NCBI GenBank assembly: GCA_963719225.1
Contig: CAVRAY010000001.1
Coordinates: forward strand, 2,304,001 to 2,368,000
Length of the DNA: 64,000 nucleotides
Direction: 5' to 3'
Source of the DNA: Thermoanaerobaculia bacterium
Lineage (GTDB): Bacteria > Acidobacteriota > Thermoanaerobaculia > UBA5066
Shown here: in pieces, positions 28,967-36,753 of the stretch
How positions within the stretch are numbered: position 1 is the stretch's first letter
Layout: the number at the start of each line of letters is the position of its first letter
Position numbers and translations under genes: made by a program
Notes under the pieces: model-generated
What the model was told of the DNA's origin: nothing
What the model saw: the letters and a program-made list of their open reading frames with translations, nothing else
The model's database searches: none

Positions 28967-30298
28967 GTGCCGAAAAACGCCCTCGACCTCCCCACCCAGG
29001 TCGACGCGGTCGTCTGCGGGGGCGGTCCCGGGGGCTCCACGTTCGCGACGCTGATGGCGCGGATGGGCCATCGCGCCGTCGTCTTCGAGCGCGAGAAGTT
29101 TCCCCGCTTCCACATCGGCGAGTCGCTCCTGCCCTGGAACGTGCCGCTCTTCGAGCGCATCGGCGTTCTCGAGAAGCTGAAGGCGACGGCTCCCCAGGTG
29201 AAATACGGGGCCCGCTTCTACCATCAGGGAACGGACTTCACGCGCCCGGTGCTGTTCGTGAACGGCGTCGACCGCGACCACGCGACCTCGTTCCAGGTGA
29301 AACGGGCCGAGTTCGACGCGCTCCTCCTGAACCACGCGCGGGATTCGGGAGCGGCCGTCTTCGAGGAAGCGCGCGTCACGGAAGTGCTCTTCAGCGCGGA
29401 CGGCAAGAGGGCGCGAGGCGTGAAGGTGCTCCTCACAGGGGAAAACGAGCCGCGCACCGTGGAGGCGAAGGTGGTCGTGGATGCCACCGGCCGCGATGCG
29501 CTTCTCTCACGCCACCTCGGCGGGCGGCGCCGGGATCCCCTTCTCGACCGTTCGGCCGCGTTCACCCACTACGACACCTTCAGGCGCGAGGAAGGGCCCA
29601 CCGGCGGCGACATCGTCATCGTCACGACGCCGGAAGGCTGGTGGTGGCTGATCCCGTTCTCGGACGGCTCGGTCTCGGTCGGAATCGTGATGCCTTCGCG
29701 GCGCTTCAAGGAGCGGCAGGGCACCGTGGAGCAGCTCTTCGAGGAGTCGGTCCTGGTCACACCGGAAGTGCGAGAGCTCCTCGCGGGCTCGAAGCGGACG
29801 ATGGACGTGCAGGCCATCGCGGACTACTCGTACGCGACGCCCCGCATCTCCGGCGACGGCTTCTGCCTCGTGGGTGACGCGGCCTGCTTCCTCGATCCCG
29901 TCTTCTCGACGGGCGTCCTCCTGGCGATGCAGTCGGCCGAGATCGCAGCCGCGTCTGTCGACCGCGCGCTCCGCCGAAAGGGTCGCGTCGACGCGGCCGA
30001 TCTCAGGAGCTTCGAAAGGACGTTCCGCGGCGCGACCCGTCGATTCGAGCGCTTCGTCCACGGCTTCTACGAGCCGCACGTCCTCGAGACGTTCTACACT
30101 CCGGCTCCGAGCGCCTGGATCGGCCGCGGCGTCACGACGGTGCTCGGCGGCGGCGTCTTTCATCCGACGTTCAAAGCCCGCCTCTGGATCTTCTCCTTTC
30201 ATGTCTGCGCCGCGTTCGTCAGGGTCGTGCAGGCATTTCGTGGCCGAGGCGCTTTCGAAAGGGCGACGGAAATTCTCGAGCCCGAGAAAACGCCGTGA
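28967..30298 (+). CDS. FAD-dependent oxidoreductase, flavin-dependent halogenase family
   Basis: GGGPGG, FPRFHIGESLLP, WWWLIP (WxWxIP), GDAACFLDPVFSTGV. Confidence 0.85.
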   Translation: MPKNALDLPTQVDAVVCGGGPGGSTFATLMARMGHRAVVFEREKFPRFHIGESLLPWNVPLFERIGVLEKLKATAPQVKYGARFYHQGTDFTRPVLFVNGVDRDHATSFQVKRAEFDALLLNHARDSGAAVFEEARVTEVLFSADGKRARGVKVLLTGENEPRTVEAKVVVDATGRDALLSRHLGGRRRDPLLDRSAAFTHYDTFRREEGPTGGDIVIVTTPEGWWWLIPFSDGSVSVGIVMPSRRFKERQGTVEQLFEESVLVTPEVRELLAGSKRTMDVQAIADYSYATPRISGDGFCLVGDAACFLDPVFSTGVLLAMQSAEIAAASVDRALRRKGRVDAADLRSFERTFRGATRRFERFVHGFYEPHVLETFYTPAPSAWIGRGVTTVLGGGVFHPTFKARLWIFSFHVCAAFVRVVQAFRGRGAFERATEILEPEKTP

Positions 30299-31602
30299 GC
30301 TTCCGACGCGGCCTGAAGCTCGCGGGTTTCGCGCGCCGACACCTGGGCCGCATGCGCCGCGGGCGCGCCGAGGTGATGGAGCACCTCTCCGCTCCCGATT
30401 CCGCCGACCTCCCGATGCCCACGTTCGTGCAGCTGCGCGTCACGAACCTCTGCAACCTCCGCTGCAAGATGTGCGGACAGTGGGGAGACACGGGGATCTT
30501 TCGCGCGGGAGCCGAGGCGTCGGCGTCCGACGGGGAAAGGGAGAGACGCCGGATTCGCGAGCTGATCGGGCTGAACCGCCAGATGGCGCTCCCCGACTAT
30601 GTCCGCCTCCTCGACGAGCTCGCGCCGTCGAAGCCCATCATCAGCCTCTTCGGCGGGGAACCGCTGCTCTATCCCGACATCCTGCCTCTCATCCGGGAGG
30701 TGAAGGCGCGCGGCCTCACGTGCTCGCTCATCACGAACGGCTGGCGGCTCGAGGAATTGGCCCGCGAGCTCGTCGAGGCCGGCGTGGACTCGATCATGGT
30801 CTCCATCGACAGCCTGCCCGCCGTTCACGACCGGATCCGGGGACAGGCCGGCAGCTTCGCACGTGCGGCGGCCGGCGTCCGGGCCGTCGCCCGCGTACGG
30901 GACGAACACCGGTCCGCGGCGCCGATGCTCCTCGCCATCCTGCCGATCACCGAGCTCAACCTCGAAGACGTCGCGCCGGCGCTCGAGGAGCTTCGAAAGC
31001 TTCCGCTCGACACGGTCAACGTCGGGCTTCGCTGGTTCGTCTCGAAGGACACCGGCGCGGAGTACGAGAAGGTGATGTCCGAGACCTTCGGCGTCTCGGG
31101 CAGCTCCTGGAAGGGATTCGAGTTCGACGGCGCGGACTTCGCGGTCACGAAGGGGCGTCAGCTGACGCAGCTCGTGAAGCTCCTGAAGGGCCTCCGTCGC
31201 CGGCGCTTTCTCGACTCCGCGCGAGGCCTCCCTTGGATCTCGTTCGTGCCCGACGTGCCCGCCAAGGGCGTGCCCGACTACTTCGCCGACGCGACGAAGA
31301 CCTTCGGCCACGACCTCTGCCCCGTGGCCTGGTACTTCGCCCAGGTCGAGCCGGACGGCCAGGTCTGCTTCTGCGGGGACTTTCCCGACTACTTCATCGG
31401 GAACGTGCGGAAGACGCCGTTCCGCGAGATCTGGACCGGGGAGCGCGCGGGCCGCTTCCGCGAAAAGCTCGCGAAGGAGCCGCTCCCCATCTGCAGCCGG
31501 TGCTGCGGAAACTTCGTCTACGGCGCGTGGGCGCGCCCGTCGGATTCGGGCCGCGCCCTCGAGCCTCCTTCCGAAGCGCTTCCGTCCTTCCAGAACCGGT
31601 AG
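30295..31602 (+). CDS. radical SAM protein with SPASM/twitch domain
   Basis: CNLRCKMC, GGEPL, C-terminal CPVAW...CFCGD...IGNV...CSRCCG. GTGA overlap with the upstream gene. Confidence 0.9.
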   Translation: MSFRRGLKLAGFARRHLGRMRRGRAEVMEHLSAPDSADLPMPTFVQLRVTNLCNLRCKMCGQWGDTGIFRAGAEASASDGERERRRIRELIGLNRQMALPDYVRLLDELAPSKPIISLFGGEPLLYPDILPLIREVKARGLTCSLITNGWRLEELARELVEAGVDSIMVSIDSLPAVHDRIRGQAGSFARAAAGVRAVARVRDEHRSAAPMLLAILPITELNLEDVAPALEELRKLPLDTVNVGLRWFVSKDTGAEYEKVMSETFGVSGSSWKGFEFDGADFAVTKGRQLTQLVKLLKGLRRRRFLDSARGLPWISFVPDVPAKGVPDYFADATKTFGHDLCPVAWYFAQVEPDGQVCFCGDFPDYFIGNVRKTPFREIWTGERAGRFREKLAKEPLPICSRCCGNFVYGAWARPSDSGRALEPPSEALPSFQNR

Positions 31603-32528
31603 AAGTTGAACCACTGAGTCGGGTGCGCGCGCACGACGCCTTCCAGGTCGGCGGCCACGCGGCTCATGATGCGGCGCGCGTCCTCCTCGGGAGAAAGCGT
31701 TTCGTCGGCGCCGATCGGCGCCCCCCAGACGTTGAAGTACGCTCCGTCGGGCCTGCGCAGGAAGAAGCCCGGAAGGATCTCGCACCGGCAGAAGCGGGCG
31801 AGGAGGGCCGGCGAGCGGAGAAAAGGCGTGGGGCGGCCGAAGTAGGAGACGACCACCTGGTCCTCCGGGTAGGCGCGGTCGACGAGGAGCGCAACCGCCC
31901 GCCCCGCCTCGACGGCCGTCCGCACCCTCAGCGCAGTCGCCATGGAAGAGCCGATGTCGATCGACTCGACGCCGAGGCGCGTCCTGAGGCTCAGGCGCAT
32001 GGCCTCGACGTCCGGATCGAGCTCCGGCTGGCCGACGACGGCCGGCGTCAGCGCGTGACCGCGCAGCGTCACGGCGCCCATCTCCCAGTTTCCGACGTGA
32101 CCTGTCACGAGAAGGAAGCCGCGGCCGTCCTTGCGTACCCGGGCGAGCATGGCCGCATCCGTATCGAACGACGTGATCTTCGGGACAAAGGCTTCGCTCC
32201 GGAGCCTCCAGACGTCGATCACCGATCGGCCATATTCGAAGAAGAGGCGGCGCGCGAGGCGACGCGCCTCCCGCTCCGAAACACCGAGGGCGAGGCGGAA
32301 ATTCTCGCCGATGCCCGCGAGCGTCTCGCGCATGAGAGTCACCGCGAGGCTGTTTCCGAAGAGCGAGATGCCGTGGAGGACGGGCAGAGGCAGCCACCGG
32401 GCGCCGTAGTGGAGTCCCCCGTACACGACCCGGTTCGACAACCCGTGCGTGACCCATTTTCTGCGGCCGCGCGGCGCTGCTCCCGAAGGCGCCGCCGCGT
32501 CGGCCTCGGGCGTCTCCCGGTTCCGCAT
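31518..32528 (-). CDS. lysophospholipid/lipid A late acyltransferase family (LpxL/HtrB/PatA-like)
   Basis: LLVTGHVGNWE, ALLVDR, VSYFGRP, HPTQWFNFYRFW. Confidence 0.85.
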   Translation of the reverse strand: MRNRETPEADAAAPSGAAPRGRRKWVTHGLSNRVVYGGLHYGARWLPLPVLHGISLFGNSLAVTLMRETLAGIGENFRLALGVSEREARRLARRLFFEYGRSVIDVWRLRSEAFVPKITSFDTDAAMLARVRKDGRGFLLVTGHVGNWEMGAVTLRGHALTPAVVGQPELDPDVEAMRLSLRTRLGVESIDIGSSMATALRVRTAVEAGRAVALLVDRAYPEDQVVVSYFGRPTPFLRSPALLARFCRCEILPGFFLRRPDGAYFNVWGAPIGADETLSPEEDARRIMSRVAADLEGVVRAHPTQWFNFYRFWKDGSASEGGSRARPESDGRAHAP

Positions 32529-32602
32529 CTCCCTGACTATATAGAGGCGGTTCTCGATCGAGGAGGTCTCCCGGTCACCTCGCGCGATCGCGCGGCGGAA
32601 CG

Positions 32603-33262
32603 CTACTTCATCGCGCCCTTCGACGAGATCTGACCCGCGACGTTCGAGAGCGCCGCCAGCGCAACGTCGATGCTCTGCCCCACCCGGACTCCCTTGTCAT
32701 TGGCCCCCTGGGCGACCGCGGTTTGCGCCACGAGCGTCTGACCCGCGAAGGTGAGGTCGTTGCCGAGGACCTTCTGAACGTCGCCGAGGTTGTTCAGGAA
32801 TGGGTCGAACGTCTCGGTCGCGACCGTCAGCGACTCGATGACTCTGTCCAAGTTCGCCCTCACCTCGGAGCGGCGTGCATCGCCGAGCTGCCGGAGCTCC
32901 GGGTCGCGCACCTTGCCCTGCTCTTTGCCCCACGCCGCGAGGTAGTCGTTTCTCTTCGTCTTCATGCTCTGAAATCGCTTCTTCGTCTGTACGGCGTCGG
33001 CTCGCAGCTTGTCGACGTCCTTGCTGTACTTGGTGAAGGACGACCGGAGCCGCTCCGGGCTGGCGCTCATCAGATCGCCCAGGGACGTCAAGGTCTGGTC
33101 GATCTGCGCGCGAACCCTGGTGAGGCCCGCGTGGGCCTCTTCCATCGACTCGACCGCCTTCGCAGAGCGGGATGGGCCGCTCGAGGCGCAGGCGATGAGC
33201 CCCAGAGAAAGGGCGCCGGATCCGAGGCCCAGCAATGCAGTCGAGACGGGATTGCGTTTCAT
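32603..33262 (-). CDS. DUF2959-like helical lipoprotein
   Basis: Lipobox LIAC followed by long amphipathic helices, ending ...LGDVQKVLGNDLT. Confidence 0.65.
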   Translation of the reverse strand: MKRNPVSTALLGLGSGALSLGLIACASSGPSRSAKAVESMEEAHAGLTRVRAQIDQTLTSLGDLMSASPERLRSSFTKYSKDVDKLRADAVQTKKRFQSMKTKRNDYLAAWGKEQGKVRDPELRQLGDARRSEVRANLDRVIESLTVATETFDPFLNNLGDVQKVLGNDLTFAGQTLVAQTAVAQGANDKGVRVGQSIDVALAALSNVAGQISSKGAMK

Positions 33263-33298
33263 GTTGACCTTGCCTTTCGTGCGGACTCACGCCGGCCA

Positions 33299-33314
33299 TG
33301 CAAGCGCGCCGCCA
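33299..33314 (-). promoter_or_regulatory. sigma54 -24/-12 promoter
   Basis: TGGCGGCGCGCTTGCA. Confidence 0.72.
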
Positions 33315-33354
33315 ATGCAGGCCCGCGATCCACGCCCTGATGCGCACGGCGGAG

Positions 33355-33391
33355 CGGCACGTTTTTCCGGGGAAATCGGCAAAGCGTGCCG
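33355..33391. promoter_or_regulatory. 37-bp double-site inverted repeat, putative UAS copy D
   Basis: CGGCACGTTTTTCCG-N7-CGGCAAAGCGTGCCG (arms match 13/15 as inverted repeats), between divergent sigma54 motifs. Confidence 0.8.
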
Positions 33392-33450
33392 GCTGCGTGG
33401 ATTTCCAACTGCTTTTCGAGGAGTCCGCAGACTGGCGATCGGGCAAGAGC

Positions 33451-33466
33451 TGGCAGGAACATTGCG
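33451..33466 (+). promoter_or_regulatory. sigma54 -24/-12 promoter
   Basis: TGGCAGGAACATTGCG. Confidence 0.78.
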
Positions 33467-33507
33467 CTGAGAAGTGCGTGCTTCATGCCGCCCCGCTGAC
33501 TCCTTCG

Positions 33508-34701
33508 ATGCCCGCCGCGGTCGGAGGCGATCGAGCGCGCCTCGTGCGCTTCGAGCTGTCACCGAAGACCATGGTGGCGCTCGTTCTCGTCGCCGCCTCC
33601 GTGTGGCTCTTGATCCGGCTCTGGCCCGTCCTCCTCGTGCTCGTCGTCGCCCTCCTTGTCGCCGGCACGTTGAGCCCGGCCGTCCGCTGGCTCGAGGACA
33701 GGCGCGTGAGGCGCGGAGCCGGAATCGCGATCGTCTTCACGGCCTTCTTCATCCTCGCCCTTCTCGTCGTCGTCCTCACGATCCCGACGCTGGTCTCGCA
33801 GGCAGCGTCGCTTCTCGAACACGAGCCTGCGCTGCGCGCGCGCCTCGCGGACAATCTCGCCGGCTCTCATTTGAGCGCTCCGCTCGCGAACTGGCTTCGC
33901 GGCTTCAAGTACGACGCGCCGACCGGCGCCCTCGGCACGACGGTCTTCGCCTTCTCCGTGCGCGTCTTCGGCGCCGCCGCGTACGGGTTGAGCGCCCTGT
34001 TCCTCGGCCTCTACATCATGATCGACCGGGATCGGCTCCGGGGCGGGCTCTTCGCCGTCGTCCCACGGTCCCACCACATCCGGCTCTCGCGCATCATGAT
34101 GAATCTCGAGACGATCGTCGGCGCGTACATCCGCGGACAGATGGTCACGTCGCTGCTGATGTCGATCTTCACCTTCGTGCTCCTGATGGCGTGCGGCGTG
34201 GAGAACGCCCTGGCGCTCGCGGTGTTCGCGGGCCTCGCAGACGTGCTGCCCTACATCGGCGCGCTTTTCTCGGTGGCGCCGGCGGTCCTCGCGGCACTTG
34301 CGCGCGGCCCGGTCGTGGCCGTCGTCGTTCTCGTCCTCATGCTCGCGTACGAGGAGTTCGAAAGCCGCGTGCTCGTTCCCCGGATCTATGGCCGGGCGCT
34401 GCGCCTTCCCTCGTCCGTCGTCCTGTTCGCGCTTCTGGCGGGCGGAACGCTCATGGGAATCCTCGGCGCGCTCCTCGCCCTGCCCGTCGCGGCCGCGGCG
34501 ATGATGCTGGTCGAAGAGCTCCGAGTGGAATTGCCCGGCGAGCAGGAGCTGCCCGTGGATGCGGACCTGCGTGAAGCCGACGACCGCGGCGAGGAAGAGT
34601 ACGAACGCAGGACGGAGGGCGTGGGCGCACAGGCGGCTGCTGCCATCGCCGTGGAAATCTCGGCGGATCGGAGGAAGGAAGAAGCCGCGGTCGAAGCGTG
34701 A
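33508..34701 (+). CDS. AI-2E family transporter
   Basis: Multi-TM protein with LSPAVRWLE, GAYIRGQ, LPYIG, ESRVLVPRIYG and GILGALLALPVAA. The start is approximate. Confidence 0.88.
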   Translation: MPAAVGGDRARLVRFELSPKTMVALVLVAASVWLLIRLWPVLLVLVVALLVAGTLSPAVRWLEDRRVRRGAGIAIVFTAFFILALLVVVLTIPTLVSQAASLLEHEPALRARLADNLAGSHLSAPLANWLRGFKYDAPTGALGTTVFAFSVRVFGAAAYGLSALFLGLYIMIDRDRLRGGLFAVVPRSHHIRLSRIMMNLETIVGAYIRGQMVTSLLMSIFTFVLLMACGVENALALAVFAGLADVLPYIGALFSVAPAVLAALARGPVVAVVVLVLMLAYEEFESRVLVPRIYGRALRLPSSVVLFALLAGGTLMGILGALLALPVAAAAMMLVEELRVELPGEQELPVDADLREADDRGEEEYERRTEGVGAQAAAAIAVEISADRRKEEAAVEA

Positions 34702-34736
34702 ACGGAAAGCATGCAGCACGGTGGTGTCTTGATCTC

Positions 34737-34752
34737 TGGCAGTGGAATTGCT
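34737..34752 (+). promoter_or_regulatory. sigma54 -24/-12 promoter
   Basis: TGGCAGTGGAATTGCT. Confidence 0.8.
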
Positions 34753-34780
34753 CCGTGATGCTCAAAAGGAGACTCAGACG

Positions 34781-35332
34781 ATGAAAAAGAACGCAATCCC
34801 GGTCCTCACGGCAGCCCTCTCCCTCGCGTGGCTCCTCTCGGCGGCGCCGGCGAACGCCGCGGACAAGTCCGGCATGTCCGCGGAGGTCTCCGAGGCGCTC
34901 GCGGCCACGTCCGTCAAGGCCAAGCTGATCGACAAGCTCGGCACGGACGCGCTTCGGATCAAGGTATCCGTTTCCGGGGAGACGGCAATTCTTACGGGTG
35001 AGGTGGCGAAGTCCTCCAGTCAGGGCCTCGCCGAGCAGGTCGCCCTCTCGGTCGGGGGGATCAAGAAGGTCGACAACAAGGTGACGGTGAAGGAGGCCGC
35101 GGGGCCGGCGGCCGCCAGCGAAGCCTCGGTGAAGAACGTGGCCCTCGAGATGAAGGTGAAGGGCATCCTCCTGACCGAGATCGGCACGAACGCACTCAAG
35201 ATCGAGGTCGAGGTGGTCGACGGCGTCGTCAGCCTCCGCGGCAAGCTGAACAACCCCGAGACCGCGAAGGCGGCGATTGCGAAGACCCGTTCGATCGCAG
35301 GCGTCAAGAAGGTCGTCGACCTCCTCAGCTGA
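34781..35332 (+). CDS. dual-BON domain protein (OsmY-like)
   Basis: AAGGAG RBS, signal peptide, two BON repeats (VKAKL...LTGEV...GIKKVDN and VKGIL...LRGKL...GVKKVVD). Confidence 0.88.
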   Translation: MKKNAIPVLTAALSLAWLLSAAPANAADKSGMSAEVSEALAATSVKAKLIDKLGTDALRIKVSVSGETAILTGEVAKSSSQGLAEQVALSVGGIKKVDNKVTVKEAAGPAAASEASVKNVALEMKVKGILLTEIGTNALKIEVEVVDGVVSLRGKLNNPETAKAAIAKTRSIAGVKKVVDLLS

Positions 35333-35347
35333 GGTCCACGACTCCAT

Positions 35348-35386
35348 TTCGGGCGCGGCGGGAGTCCGTCCCCGCCCCGCCCCGAA
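35348..35386. other. GC-rich intergenic hairpin
   Basis: TTCGGGCGCGGCGGG...CCCGCCCCGCCCGAA imperfect inverted repeat between the BON and lmo0937-like genes. Confidence 0.55.
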
Positions 35387-35422
35387 TCCGAAAGGACGAA
35401 AGACGGAAGAAAGGGAAATACC

Positions 35423-35572
35423 ATGCTTTGGACGATCTTCCTGATCCTCGTGGTCCTCTGGGCCGTCGGAATGGTGACCTCGACGACGATGGGTGGCCTC
35501 ATCCACGTTCTGCTCGTCGTCGCCGTCGTAGTGGTGCTGATCCAGCTCATCCAAGGGCGAAGAGTGGTCTGA
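35423..35572 (+). CDS. 49-aa lmo0937-family membrane microprotein, absent from the ORF track
   Basis: MLWTIFLILVVLWAVGMVTSTTMGGLIHVLLVVAVVVVLIQLIQGRRVV*. Confidence 0.88.
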   Translation: MLWTIFLILVVLWAVGMVTSTTMGGLIHVLLVVAVVVVLIQLIQGRRVV

Positions 35573-35599
35573 CCGGCACGTCCCCGTCTCCGCGACCCC

Positions 35600-36013
35600 C
35601 CCGACGTAGGGACCTTCACCTTGCCGCCCGGAACGTACATCATCAAGGTCGTGACGCTCGAATCCAACCGCAATATGATTCAGGTCACGAACGAGGACCA
35701 GACGAAGGTTTTCGCCAGCGTTCTCGCTACGCCGCACGCGATTCGGGCGGGCGAGGTGGTCCCGTCGACCCGATACACCTACTACACGACCGCCGCAGGC
35801 CAGCCCAAGGCGCTGCGCACGTGGTTCCCTCGCGACACGGTGAACGGTCAGGACATCATCTATCCGAAACGGCGTGCCATGTTCGTGGCAGAAGCCAGTC
35901 CTGAAAAAGAGCTGCCGAGAACGGCGAGCCACGTTCCTCTTTATGCGGCGCTCGGGCTGCTGTCGCTGGGCACAGCCGTCGGACTCCGCACGTTCGCAAA
36001 TCGGACGGCGTGA
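35600..36013 (+). pseudogene. LPXTG-like (LPRTA) sortase substrate, apparently 5'-truncated
   Basis: DVGTFTLPPGTY...LRTWF...IIYPK domain, then LPRTAS-TM-basic tail. No signal peptide or RBS, and an in-frame stop at 35570. Confidence 0.6.
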
Positions 36014-36654
36014 CGAGGCCGACCTTCGTGCGATGGCTCCGGCGAGCCGAGATCGCCCTCTGGGTGGTCGGCCTCTCGCTCCTCGGCGGAGTTCTCGCCG
36101 CGATCGTGCAAAGCCGGGTCTACCAGGCGCGCCAGGGGCGCGCCTTTTTCGACGTGGAGCGAAGGGCCGCCGCATCGACGCACGGCCTGGAGCTTCCGCC
36201 GGGGCCGGCGTCCGCAGGGCCCGCCACTCTTTCTCCCGAAGCCGATCCCCTCGTCCTGGGCCGGATCGAGATCCCGCGGATCGGCGTCTCGGCGATCGTG
36301 CGGGAGGGAGACGACGACACGACTCTCGCCGTGGCCGTCGGCCACGTCCCCGGTACGGCGCAGCCCGGCGAACGCGGCAACATGGCGCTCGCGGGACACA
36401 GGGACTCCTTCTTCCGCGCGCTGCGGGACATCCAGGTTGATGACGTGATCCGGTTTCGCGCTTTCGGGCGGGGGTACGAGTACCGCGTGGAGTCGACCGA
36501 GGTGGTCACGGCGGCGGAGCTGCGGGTCCTCGAATCGACCCGCGACACCGTCCTCACGCTCGTGACGTGCTATCCGTTCGGGTACTTGGGGCACGCGCCG
36601 AACCGTTTCATCGTGCGCGCGCGGCTCTCTCTTCTTCCTGGCGCTCCTCCCTAG
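36010..36654 (+). CDS. class D-like sortase
   Basis: N-terminal TM, LAGHRD, TLVTCYPF and NRFIV (His-Cys-Arg triad). Confidence 0.9.
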   Translation: MTRPTFVRWLRRAEIALWVVGLSLLGGVLAAIVQSRVYQARQGRAFFDVERRAAASTHGLELPPGPASAGPATLSPEADPLVLGRIEIPRIGVSAIVREGDDDTTLAVAVGHVPGTAQPGERGNMALAGHRDSFFRALRDIQVDDVIRFRAFGRGYEYRVESTEVVTAAELRVLESTRDTVLTLVTCYPFGYLGHAPNRFIVRARLSLLPGAPP

Positions 36655-36700
36655 CATTTGCCATCCACGGTCTCGTGCCGCCTGGCCGAAGCGGCTCCGC

Positions 36701-36716
36701 GGGCACGACCATTGCG
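36701..36716 (+). promoter_or_regulatory. sigma54 -24/-12 promoter
   Basis: GGGCACGACCATTGCG, 37 nt upstream of ATG 36754. Confidence 0.8.
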
Positions 36717-36753
36717 TCGACGTCGTCTAGATAGAGATAGGGGGACCTGAAAC

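Noticed and set aside
20334-33391. 37-bp elements as transposon ends or integron attC sites
   Set aside because: There is no transposase or integrase, no target duplications and no GTTRRRY cores. Their position tracks sigma54 promoters instead.
35574-35590. CGGCACG as a sigma54 promoter for the LPRTA gene
   Set aside because: There is no GC at the -12 position. At most it is a remnant half-site.
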